Origin: Entomortierella parvispora E1425
Lineage: Eukaryota; Fungi; Mortierellomycota
Assembly: GCA_020891255.1 (NCBI GenBank)
Contig: BQFW01000007.1
Location: forward strand, 1,860,001 to 1,924,000
DNA: 64,000 nucleotides
Direction of reading: 5' to 3'
The notes under the pieces are model-generated. The model searched no databases. It was not told the DNA's origin and worked only from the letters and a program-made list of their open reading frames with translations. Both the position numbers and the translations under genes were made by a program. Below, one piece after another: positions 48,994 through 61,700 of this stretch; the first letter of the stretch is position 1, and each line of letters begins with the position of its first letter.

Positions 48994-49147
48994 ATCATTT
49001 GATCCTCATTGAACACCAACGATTGACTGCAGATATCCATTCAAGACTCCATCGCGCTCTATTAAAAAAATTGATAATGACGAGAAAAAGAAAAGAGATA
49101 TCCAGCGACATTCGAAGGGAGATTTATTTCAATACCCAGACAAGAAT

Positions 49148-50674
49148 TTAACGGGAGGTGTTGGCAATGGCGACCTTAGCACCCTTGGCACCCTGCTTGG
49201 AGAACTTGTTCTGACCGTGGGCAGCAGCGGTGGCGTTCTAAATAAAAAGAATGGAGCAAAATAACACAGTGTAAGTCTGCAATGTCCAACAGAAAAGAAA
49301 AAGTCCTATTTTCATGAAAAAAGTGATAGAAAGCAACGAAACGCACCTTGGCCTTGGAAGCCTTCTTCTTGGCATCCTCCTGCTTCTTCTTGTCCTTGCC
49401 ATCGCGGAGAGCGGCGGCGCGGGCAGCAGCACGGACCTCGGGCTTCTGGTTGCGCTTGGCGCGGATAGCCTCCCAGGAAGCACCGACAACAGCACGCTGG
49501 TGCTTGACGGTACGGCGGGTGCGCTTCTTGGCAACCTCCTCAGAGATACCCTTCTTGTGCATGCGGCGGAAGAGAACGGTCCAGGAGATCTTGCGGGGGT
49601 TCTTGCGCTGCAAGAAGAGGGACTCGGCCTTACCGTTGACGAAACGGAACGACTAGAATGTTGCAGAACAAAGCCAGGATGAGTTTCCTTCTCTTTTGTT
49701 CTCTTGATTTCACGGACATAAAAATGCTATAATCGGCGATGTCGTTCTCCCTCCTGTGATATCAAAGCGGGAAAATCAACGCCTGTTGACCAAACGTTTT
49801 CGCCTTAAACGGCATCGCTCTGCTGTCCAAGAGAAGGTTTGGCCCAGCTGCCAAACTGTGTCGAGTGTCGACGACAAGTCAACCCTCAGGCTCGTAGAAC
49901 GCTACTCCATTCTATTCTACCTGGAGTAACCTGCAAGTCCATGTCCAAGGCTGTCTGATTCCTGACGAAGATCTCCTGATGGTTGATGCATGGATGTCTA
50001 TGGCTCCATCAGATTACATACCCTGTTGTCGACACGAACGTAGATCTTGCCCTTGCCGGGGTAGATCTTGGCTCCAGAGAAGGCGCAAATCTCGATCCTG
50101 TAAAAGGAAGATTTGAGAAAAGGAGTAATACAGTCAGAAAGAATGCTCTCCTCTGCCTGTATAACAAAAGATGTTGGTGATGTCCTGATTCTCCTGATGA
50201 GTTGTTGCTGTGATCACAGACGCTGCGTGTTGGAAGTAGGGTCCATCAAAAGGTCATCCAGTCATCCGCTCTGGAAAGCTTTAAGTCATCTTTTCTGCAA
50301 CAGGAGTTGAAGTATAACTAAAGTTGATGCCCTTCTGCTGAAGCTGATGTCCTTTGTCCGAAGCTTGATGAAATGTCCCAGTAGATAGCCCGTCTTTCAT
50401 TATGGCTTGCAGAATCAAGAATCAAAGGTTTCCCTAGATTCCAGCAAACTGACATCCATGCCCATGCTCCACAATATAGGTCCATGAGTCCAATATTGAA
50501 AAAAGCAAAATATCAAGCATCCTAATGGTTGAATGGCGCCAGGGAAAGAGTGCGAACGATGCCATGCTGTCGGTGGTGTCGGCAAAGTCGATGGATGGAC
50601 GCCAGCGTGCCTGGTGGCGATCGATGGATGACGGATTGAAGATGATAACCACGCGCGCCCCTTAATTACTTCAT
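49148..50674 (-). CDS. RPL24: 60S ribosomal protein L24 (eL24); exons 50674-50670, 50098-50022, 49652-49347, 49237-49148
   Basis: MK|[25 protein letters not shown]|[35 protein letters not shown]. The 5-nt first exon is ATGAA|GTAATT. Confidence 0.96.
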
Positions 50675-51183
50675 GGTTAAAATAAGTTGAAAAGAAAGAA
50701 TGTTCAAATGCCGCGCTCGCCCTGCGGAAAAGTACCCCGCTGGGGGGCCAGTGGCTGAGGACTCGTTGCCACCAATTTGGGTTGTTCGAGACAAGCATGC
50801 ATCCTTCCATTCATTGGTCTCTTTGTCCCCTGTGTCCAGAGCCGAAACATCCCCATGTCCCAACCACATTTACCCTATACGCCAAGGGCCGTCGACGCCC
50901 TTCAGGCTCTTTTGAACTCTGTTGCCGAGGCCGGCGAATGTAACAACTATTGGAATTATACCTTGCGTCAACGCCTCCATGAAGACTCTGACGTGTTCCT
51001 TTTTGTAACATACTCATATAGTCACCGATGATTATATCATGGTACTTACGACTCTCTGTGGACAGTTTGGAGACCTTGAAAATACTGTAGTTATGGGCGC
51101 GCTTCGACTGTTAGACATGAGCGATTCTGGTAACCAAGTAGATCGATCTAAGGTCGCCATTTCCCCCAAAAAGAATCCTATCT

Positions 51184-51623
51184 GACCACGACCTCAATGC
51201 CATCCTAGTGGAAAAGATTACTGCTGAAAGGTCTCGAAGATATCTGTACAAGGTAAGGGCATCCTATGGATCAGCAGTGTAATGATATAGTGCACCATTT
51301 ATGGTACCATCTACTAATTCAAGGCACTCCTTTGGATCCGTTAGGTTCGAGATATCGAGATGGAAAACATGTTTTATGTTTGTCGGCCAAGCCAGCGATA
51401 TTGTTCTTGCGGGAAATTCTTACAAGGTAGGCTTTATTGGATGAGTGACCATTACTCAAAGACAGGGATAAGATGCCAGGAACAATTTACTAAGAAAATC
51501 GAGGGCGTGCTCTCTTCCTTATTGATAGTGCTCTCGAGTGATGCCATCGTGGTAAAGATCAATGGACTATTTTTTTTATTATTATTTTCATCTTTCGTGG
51601 CATTGAACATTGACATGATCTAG
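51184..51623 (+). pseudogene. Spliced orphan gene fragment with CxC (SWIM-finger-like) motif
   Basis: Textbook 92-nt intron (51253 GTAAGG ... CTACTAAT ... TTAG 51344) joins DHDLNAILVEKITAERSRRYLYK to VRDIEMENMFYVCRPSQRYCSCGKFLQG. No in-frame ATG upstream and no CxH completion. Confidence 0.3.
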
Positions 51624-52729
51624 ACTGAGCTTTCTGTCCAGGGGTCAGTCATGTCCAGCGAACAATTCTAGAGAGGGGGGAATCGTGAGGAGAGGAGCAA
51701 TGAGAGGGCCGTGCTGGGATCTAACTGAACTTTGTACTTTCTCATGAAACGATTGTAATTAGTGCGAACATGTCCTTGCTGCTCAACTGACAGGCGCCTT
51801 GGGCGCTTTGAAAGAATCTGTAGTCTCGGACAAGGACTTTCTGGAGCATTCCTGAGATTCATACCAAATGGGCGGGAGCACCTGCTTTTTTTTTTGGCCT
51901 GTTGGCCGTTCCACAGGGAAAAAAACGAGACGTGTACTCTACCGGAGTACTTGATGTGATTCAGCATTCCCCAGAAACCGTCGGAGCCAGGGTCAAGCCC
52001 TAAAATTACCAACAAGCATTTTTCACGAGAGCATTTTCTTTTCAGCATACTCAGCGAGTTGCCAGCATGGTCAACAAGTGGTGTCTGATGGCAGCCGCTC
52101 TTCCCGCGCTGTGGTTTCCTTCTGTTTTGTACATCGCGCCTCAGCGCAAGGGATCAAACCTGAACGGTTGTACTCTTGTACCCTTGTACCCTTGCGACAT
52201 TTGCACGGCCGCAAGGGATGGCGATCGATGCAGAGCCATGTGGGACCATGCGGCAGAGCAAGGGAGGATGCATAAAGAAAGCTGGCGGGGAGACAGAGCA
52301 GACAGGCTGACAGGCTGACAGACAGCCTTGACAAAAGAAAATTAAAGAAAAAAGAGAATAAGGAAGCAGCGAGCCAGATCGAGGGTGCCTGGTTTTCCAA
52401 GGAACACTTTTTCTTCTTTATCCTGTTGCTTGACCTTCCAGCCCCTCCTTGCCCTCCTTTTGCCTTGCCTCCTCTTTCTTCTACTTCTCTTCTTCTTTTT
52501 CTTCTTCTTACTTCACTTTTTGCAATCCGCTCTCCTCTTCCACCTCCGCCATACCCTCATTCGTCGACTCTTCGTTTGCATTCGACCTCCATTCACTCTC
52601 TAGACTCTCATTCTTCTCCTGTCTCCATTCTCCACTCCTCTCCCCTCTTCACACTGCACATTCCCTACACGATTCCACCACACCGTGCAGAAAGCACCTC
52701 TCATTCGTCACGCACACGCACCTCATTGC

Positions 52730-55700
52730 ATGCCCATGCCGCTGTTGACCACGACAGCCCTTGAACCTTCAACGCCAGCTGTATCAGATCAAACAGATCA
52801 TGATCCAACAGTATTCCTTCCGGATATTGCGGCAGATGATCGACTCCCTGCTCCTAGCGACCATGACACACCGCCGGCAAAGTACTCGTACTCACTGCCA
52901 GTGTCCGCCTTGACTTCTGCCTCGTCTACGCCCAACAGAAAGCGCTCGCCTTCGGTGGCCCACAGGAGGAATCAAAGCCATGGCCACATCATCTTCCCAA
53001 CATTCGCCCCTCCCGCCCAGCAGTTCCCTGACCAGCATCCAACCTCCCATATATCAGCTCCTCCTTCCAACGCTAGTCCTTTTCCCAGTAGCATGCCCAT
53101 GTCGCTTGCATCAGGGCGTCCCAAAACGAAAGCAACGACAGCCCCTATTGTCGAAAGGGAGTCCTACACGTTGTCAGATCGAACATCGACCTTTGTCCAG
53201 ACCACGGGAGAGATTCCACCCCCTCTGATCGGATCGTCAACGACAATCCACAAGGGCCGCATGTTTGTGTTTGGCGGGAAGCAACAAGGAGGAGGCCCAT
53301 CAAATGAGCTGTATGTTCTCGACCTTGCCACTCTAGTCTGGACCCGTGTGCTCGAAACCACAGAGCTTTCAGAAACGACCAGTCAGTCGTCCGTGTCCGC
53401 AGCAGGTTGCTTCCATCCATTGTCGCCTTGTTCACATCAGCCCATGCTCACAAACACGTCGACAGTACGCAGTATAGGTAAGCAGGGAGGAGAGATGATT
53501 CATCGACATCTGCTTTGGTGCGACGATCGTGATCACTCATGTTGGCCATTTTTCTTTTTCTTTTTTAGGACCTAGGAATCCCTCCCCTCGGGCGCGCTAC
53601 GACCACTCTGCAGTCCTTGTTGTAGCACCACCTCTTGTTCACGTGGATGGCTCGCTACGAGGATGGGCGGGCGAGAATGAGGCGCATCTGGTGATCCACG
53701 GAGGGCGGACGGTCGACGAAGGTGGGGCCGAGATCAGTCTCAGCGACACACACATTCTAGACATGGAGACCCTTCGATGGATTCCGACCAGCTTCGCCCG
53801 ACCAGCCGAAACCATGGATGGCACCCAGCCACTCACCACTCAGGGCCCTTTGGCTGTTCCGGAGCAACAGCAACAGCATCAACAACAGCAGCAGCAGGGT
53901 GTGTCTGCGACGATAACCTCGACCCCAGTCTCTGTTGCAGAGCCCAGCGCAGTGGTGACACCATTTATGACGACGACCCTTGAACCCAAATCGACGTCAG
54001 GGTTACGTACCCTGAAATCCCCTCTTCTGCACCCCTCCTCGGACGGACATGGACTCAACATACCCTCCAGGGACACGAGCCTGGACCCCACCACACCAAC
54101 CTCATTGCCCAAGGTGAGATATCCTTTGCTCTGTCTGTGTACCATCTGGCATGTTCACACGCTCACACCGTTGAATGAAGCACCTGATGGTGACACGGAC
54201 CAACTTTTCTTGTAAACTTTACCAAAAGTATGATCCTGCAAGAGAAAGAGTACATGATACTAATCTGACCTTCTTGACTTACATCTATCATTTGCTAGAA
54301 TTCTGAGCTAAATGCCAATTTGCGACAACCTAGCCCATGCCCCATCCCTCGCTTCGGTCATCTAGCTTCTCTTTCGGGGGATCAAATGCTCGTCATAGGA
54401 GGACAGAAACCTTCGGGAGAATACATTCAGGACATCGACATTTTGGACCTAAAGAGGCAAGTCTGGATATCAGGAGGGAAAACTGCCGGACTATACTCCC
54501 GGCGCCTATCAACACTTGCCGCAAGTGAAGAAAAGCCAATGGTCCGGCGACGACGACGATACCTGGAATGTCTGGCAGCAGATCTGGCGCCGTCGGCCAT
54601 GTCGACACCCACTACACCAGCCGCAGAGCCTCTCTCCTCGCAACCTACTCCTACACCGACGTCAGCCCTCATCGACCCGCTGCTAAACCCGAGAAAGAAT
54701 TCTTGGCATAGAGGGGAGGGCCATCCTTTTGATATTCCAAACGTTCCCATGGATTTTCGACAACGATTCAAGAGCGAGTCAGGAGTTTATTCAGGACTGG
54801 AGCGAAATGATAACATATGGAATCAACAAAACGAAAACACGATCGGTGGAAAGGCCCATGGGCTTGTCGGTCTTGGGATGGACCCCGAGATTTCAAAAGC
54901 GATGGCTCAGTCCGCTGGATTGTCCTTGACGGTCGAGGAGGCTATGGCAAGGGCCAGAAAATCTTCAACCAGCTTACCAAAAAGTCCCAGGGCATCCATC
55001 TCTGGCCAGAGCAGTAGTTCGGAAAAGTCGAGGACAAAATCAGTATCGAGCTCCCAAAAGCCCAATGGAAGATCCTTCTCATCCTCTCCAGTCACGCATG
55101 CTGTTCCTGCAAAATTCTTTGCAAAGTCTGCGGGGGGTAACGTCTTCGATCTGGATAACCTAGCAACCACGATCGCACGAGAGCAACCGAAACTGTCGCC
55201 TGGAAAAGGAAGAGGCTCTGCCGTTAAGGAACTGTCACCGATTTCTTCTCGCAGGAGCAGTGGGTCCAGTGCCAGTTCCGGACCTCCACGACGAGGTTCA
55301 GAGTCTTCCACTGGCCCCACCAAGTCACCAGCTCCAGCCACAAAGAGAAACGTGTCCGAAGGCATCCCCAGTATCGCTAGCGTTGCTCAGGAGACGGTAA
55401 AGCCGAACCCAAATACGACCAGAAGCTTGCATCTGCCTACGCCTGTTTATCCAGCTCAATATGTCTATGCAAACCGAGATGACAACGATGTTAAGACCAA
55501 GCGGGAGTTCATCAAGGTTCAGGCAAGGGCTGGAGCTCTTGAGCAGTCGGTGTATAAAATCCACTTGGATGTAAAATCCGAATGGGCAGCATTGGAGGAG
55601 CCAGCCAGTCTCCTTGGAAGCACTCAGGGACTATTGCCGCCCAAACTGGAATCTCCGGTGGGACATATCATCGACCACTATTTTTTGCTGTCAGGCGCAT

Positions 55701-58128
55701 CGATTTTGGAAAAGGACTCGACCAATCTATCCTCAGAGCCTGCTTTAGCCACGCCTGCAGTGCCGGCCGTGACAACAAGAAGACGATCCTTTTCAGTCTG
55801 GATGCACCACTTGCAGAACCATCAGTGGACTCAACTGGAACTATCCAAGGGTCTCGGGTCCGGTGATTGGAACCACGCCGTCATTGATCCGGATGGCAAC
55901 TACCTGTATGTTCTTGGTCAAAGGAAAACCCGATACCCGATAAGTCATTCGACCGACGAAGCAGAGCTGGGCCCGTTGGATGAGGTCAAGCCTACCATGT
56001 TTACGCACCTGGTCAAAGTGGATCTAGAAGGATTTGAAATATCTCCAGATGTGGACGAGTCTTCGGTAGGGCCGCTAGGTGTGAGCTTGGGATTACAAAT
56101 GTTGAGGGATGGAGTTGCTGCAGATGTTGTCCTTGTTAGCTCCGCGGATGGAGGTCGCGTCCGCGTCAATTCTGGAATCGTAGGACAACGATGGGGTCAC
56201 TTCCAAGCGCTCATGGAGGAACATGAGAGAAACCGAACCAAGACGACTCAGAAAGAGGCAGGAACCACCGATCTGCTGCTATCGCCGCCATTACCGCCAC
56301 TCAGTCTCACCACAAAGGATTACTTGAGCGATACCCCGGTGGAGGTTGCCGTTCGGGAGACGACACCAATTCTAGTTGGATTTCTTCAATACCTCTACAC
56401 CAATGAGCTTGCCACTGCTCATCAGCTTAAGCTCAAGACCCTTCAGGGTCTTTTGTTAATCGCCCACTTGTACGATCTGACGCGACTTCGACAACTTGTT
56501 CGACGGGAACTCTACCGCCAGCTGAATGCAAACAATGCTCCAGCAGTCTGTGAGGTGGCCGTGCTAACACACGAATATGGACTGCAAACTCGGGCACTGA
56601 GAACGCTTTTGCAGAGTGCTCGATTGGCCCAGCTGCGTCGGCAAGGTGAAGCAGCAGAGGCAAAGAGGCGGCTGGATTTTGCAGTGTCGCGCTTGGAGGA
56701 GATTGAGGAGGACCGAAAACGAAAAGAGTCGATGCGGCAGAACTCGATCCAGGACTTGACCCGTGCGGCTCACTCTGTAGTAGCAAACGTGGCCATGTCC
56801 TCGGGCCATAACCATACTGCCGCGAGATCGGGCTCTGTGGTTTCTTCCAATTCGGCCTCGGGAGCGTCTACCCCAGGACTTGGCGCGATTGGACGATTCT
56901 TTAGAGGAAGGGAAGAATCCACTGACCTGTCCTCTTCCTCCTCGCCTCTGAACCCGCGGTCGAGTGCTCTCAGTGGACCCGGAGCGATGTCGGCCCCAAT
57001 TTATACTCCCGAGTTCGATATTGACATTGGGTCCACTGGAGCCATGCACGCGCCACCTGTGGCAGTATCGCCAGCAGTCAGGATGAGAACCGTGAGTGCC
57101 ACCTCCCCTGGAGTGACAGAGGAGCAGGTCAAGAGAGGTCACTTGCGATCGAGGAGTTTTCATCAGCCCATGTCGCAACAACACGAGTTTGGAGTTTCAG
57201 GCGCGGATCCAGCCCATGCTTTAACTTTGGACGCTCACCCACCTCCTGCGCACCCACTCTCCTCTCCGCGACTATCAGCGGCAGGAATTCAAAGAAGGAA
57301 CACGCCACCGCCTCATACCGCTCATTTGACATTGGCTCAAAAGATTCAGAAGCGATTGTCGATCAAACATCGCGAGCCTGCCCTGGATTACTTCCGACCT
57401 TCTCACTACCATCCACCTCCAGATATGCACGCTGTGCCTGCACACCAGCGGTCACACCCGAATCTCCCCTCTGCGCTGTCTTCACCTTCTTTCACCGGAC
57501 AAAGTGGCGCTCGTCATCTAAACAGTTCGACCGAGTTGGAGGGAGCAGGAGAATTCTCCTCTGGAAACCTCAGCAATCCTACGTCGAACCATAGGTATAG
57601 TTACAGCTCCGTAGACAGCGAGGGCACCAGCAGCAGCATGTACGGCGCGCCATCAAGCGCGTTTACAGGCTCCGAAGAGATCGGCAAGGTCTTCTATTAT
57701 TCTGCGGCCTCCACGGTTTCCTCCAGCTCGCTCCCTAACAGTGCTCTTACCGCCTATGAGAACACGTCCAGTCAGAGCTTGGACCAAATGCAGGGCCATT
57801 CATCCTCTCAAGCCCCTGGTAACCGCTCTGCCAGCAGCTTGGGCCATAGCAGCCATGGAAGTTTGGATCAGGCATTGTCCAAGAAGGAACGAAAACTGGC
57901 AGAAAGCCAACGCAAGAGGGAGGAGAGTAAGAGGCGCCGAGAACAAAAAGTGGCCGATCGAGCGGCAGCGACGGTGCAGACTCCCTCCTTGAGTGGTAAG
58001 TGATTCAAGTTTTCCTGGTTCTCAATGCCTCGTGATCTGAACTATGTCGCTCACCTTTTTTTTTTTTGTTGCTTCTCTCTTTATTTTTTTTTTTTATGCC
58101 ATCGATAGCATTTGCGGCGTACCGATAA
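52730..58128 (+). CDS. Kelch-repeat + BTB-domain protein (Mds3/Pmd1/Ral2-like)
   Basis: Kelch motifs TTGEIPPPLIGSSTT..MFVFGG..NELYVLDLATLVW, PSPRARYDHSA, PIPRFGHLA..MLVIGG. BTB region ADVVLVS...VNSGIVGQRWGHF...LVGFLQYLYT...LLLIAHLYDL. Last exon 58109-58128. Confidence 0.8.
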
Positions 58129-58750
58129 ATCAGAGCGATGAACGTGCGTACCATGCTCCTCACCAACCGATATTGTATTTTTAATTAACGATACCCAGTC
58201 TTTCTCCCTTTCCCTCTATTTGTTTGCAATGTTCACTTACGATAATAATAGTCATAATAAAAAGATCGAACATGCCCAAAGACAATTCAGGCATCTTTAC
58301 CATTTTCATTGATTTTTCCCTTTTTTTTTTTTTTTTTTTTTGCGTTTTTGTTGCTTTTATTGAGCCTGCTGCGAAAGCGTTGCCCTAGTCTTCCATTCCA
58401 GACAGGATTCCACAGAAGACTGAGAGAGAGTGCATTTTGTGTGTGTGAGCAAAGGTGAGAGAGAGAATCAGTGTATTATTGTAGACACTGACGCCAAAAA
58501 ATATCAGACTTTCTGGCTCCTCTCAAGGGGGGTCTCTCCCACTCGGACGACAAAGAAAACGCAATTGTCTGTCAAGTTAGGCGAATGGACGTAAAACTGC
58601 TCAATTTTTGGAGGAATGAGTTCCATAACGTAATGAGGGCGGTCTGTCTCCTGGCATCCACCATCAACGACTATCGGGATAAAAACAAGAAACAAATGTC
58701 AGAACTTCATCCACAAACACACTTGCTATGCAACAAAACTCTCTGTTCCC

Positions 58751-61700
58751 TTACCGCCCCTGGTGTCCAGAACCCCGTCCTCTGTTAGCCTGTCCTCCAA
58801 CAGGTCGTCTTTCGTAGCCATCCACGCCAAGGTTCGTCAAGGCACTCTCCGTACCAAAACCGGCGCCCACGCCGACGCTTTGGTTTCGGGCCCATCGACT
58901 GTTATTCCGAAGCGGATCGGGGACCGGTCCTCCACGTTCCACAGTTCTTTCACCGCCACCGCCGCCACCGCCTCGTTCGCCTCCGCGATCTCCACGATCT
59001 CCTCGCTCTCCGCGGTGCAAGCCAAAAGCGTTGGATTGATTGTCGCGTGCATCGCGTGCACCGACACGTCTGTTGTCCTCTGTAAAGTTGAGGCGGATGC
59101 CTTGGTTACGAAGAGACTGCTCCAAGGCTACAGGGAAGACATAACAGAGGAGAGATATTAATATGAAAAGTTTTAAAATAATCACCTGGCACATCAAAGG
59201 GACGATCCTTACCGGCTCGCTGGTTAGCCTCTTCTCGGACCTCATATTCGAGCACAAGTTGCTTAAGTTGCTGCTGCTCCTCCCTTTCAGCTTCTCTCTG
59301 GTTACGGGTATTGATGACCAAAGCGCTGTCGCTAGGAAGTCCAACAGTCTTCATCTGCTGCTTGTTACCCTTCTTTGTCAGCAATGTGAACGCTACATGA
59401 TCCGGGTTGCTCAATGTAGGCTCCTCGCGACGATCTAGAAAACAAAGGACAATCAGCAAATTTAATCCCTTTCAAACGATAGCAGAAAAAAGATACAATT
59501 GAAAAGATGTGCAAAATAACTCACCTGCAGATCGAAGAACGGGGATTGCCACATCGAGCGTCAGATGCTTCCTCTCAAACTTTCTCGCCTCCAAACTGTC
59601 TGTCATCATCTTGAGGTATTCACGTTCAAAATCTTCATCCACAGGCTCAACAACCTTGCTCTGGTTTGTAAGCACGACTGCTTGTTCCTCGTCGTCCATC
59701 TCCCGCATAGCATGCATGTCCTCATCCTCTTCGTCATCATCTTCCTCCTCGCTATCCTCATCCTCATCATCCTGTGCATCATCATCACCATCCTCATCGC
59801 CCTCAGATTCGGAGGAGGACGAGTCATCATGGGCGGCATTCGCAGCAGCGTCGTTGCTTCCAAGAGGTCCATGCAGAGCCTCCATGGCTGCGACAGCCTC
59901 CTCGTAGGTCAAGAAGCGTCTCAGCTTGGGTCTCAACTCTGTCAAAGTGTCCTCGATCATGTACTCAATCTCCAGTGGTACAGTTTCCTTGGAAAGAATG
60001 TACATCTGGAAGGCGACCAAGAACGAATCCAGTTTGATTTTAGACGATCCATGATCAAAGCACATTCCACAAGTGTCCAAAAGGGTGCAGACAAGTCGAA
60101 CTCTGAAGCAGTCAGTAGGCGAGTCAATGTGAGAAGGTCGATCTGGTGAAGCTACACCTTGTTCTAAGAGAAAAAGAGTGAAAGCAATAATATTCGTGAA
60201 AGCAATAATATTCGTTAGAAAATGTTGGCATCTCACTTTATACATCCATTTGGTGTGGTGAAAACGACATGTTTACCATGCCCAGCTGAAATAAGGGTAT
60301 CCAGTGTGCTAAAGATGAGCGGCGAGTCAACCATGCGGTAGTTATACAACTCTCCAAGGAATCGGACAACGGCGATGCGTTTTTGGTTGTGTCGAAAGTT
60401 ATTCTGCTCAATACCGACTTTGATCGCCTCCACAATAGAGTCCACAATCGCGATCGAGAAATCGGAATGGTACCGACTGAGGCCATTCACAAGGATGGCC
60501 AACAACTGGATATTGCTAAACTTGATCTTCCACACTTTACTGAAGAGTCGGACCACCAGATCGTAGACCTGTCGTTGTCAAGAGAGGCAATTGGTGGTTA
60601 GAACGGAACTTTTTGTGTAGCACGCTGCGAAACTTCCTTGAGCAAAGTCCTGCTGAACTGACCTCTTTTTCTTCCCAGTGAAACTTGCGCAAAAGCTTGT
60701 GCGTCAACTCCACGTTTTTCTTGCAGAGGTCCAGATAGAGGAGCTTTCGGACAAATTGCTCGATTGGCGGGATCTCACGCTTTTTCCTAGTACTTTGCTC
60801 TGGTGGATTGCACTATTCAAGAAGAATTGAATACGATTAGTAAAAGGCACTCAGAGATTTGGTTCAGTTCAGGAGCCTGGTCCATACCTGGTAATAAGCG
60901 TTGTCAATCATAAGAAGGAAGCGAGGCTCCAAATGGAGGGCAGCCTTTTTGCGCTTCAAGATATCCAACATCGGATCCAAGTGTTCCGGGGTCTTGAGCT
61001 TGAGGAAGCGGCCACAAGTATCGAGTAGTGCACACACAACAATGATGTTCTGGGGCACAAAATCATCCAATAAGGCTTTCAGGCAATAAAAAATGGTTGA
61101 CAAGGGTGCCACTCCAAACTTCACCAACTCTGACAAAAACTTGATGTTCTTTGTGCGCGACTCTGACATGTCTAGATGTTTTTTGCGAAGGAGTCCTCGG
61201 AATTCACGCTCAAGTGCACTCCTGACCTCTTCTGCCACATCCGGATAGAATGGCTTAAAAGTCGCAATCAGCCTGGAGTAGTATGGTAACAGGTCATGTC
61301 TGTCTCTTGGAACTTGAACAAGAGTCTACAGAAGATGCGATAAAAATAATAATAAAAAAAGGATTTATCTCTGACCATCCAACGTTCCTTCAAGGTGCAA
61401 GTTCATATTACCTTGATCAGACGGTTCCTGCTCAACTTGGAGTTCATATAACAAAATTCAACAGCGACCTGATCGATCATGTCTCTGTTGCACATGTTGG
61501 GCAATTTGGCGAGGAAGGCGTCAAGCTGCGTCGCTGTTGTTTTGGATGCTGTGGTCACAGGTTCCTGAAGCGCAGCCGTAGTCTCCTCTGCAAGAAAAGC
61601 TTCTGCTCCAGTGTTGTCATTCAGATCCAACTCTTCCAGCTCAGCTCCAAGGTTGTCCTTGAGAAAATCCGCATTCTCATCCAGTTCATCCATGGCATCA

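Noticed and set aside
40700-49000. All frameshifts in the island being sequencing errors
   Set aside because: Not fully excluded, but the lesions include substitution stops and 8-11 nt non-homopolymer deletions, while flanking housekeeping genes appear intact. The 42084 site (AAA run) alone could be an error.
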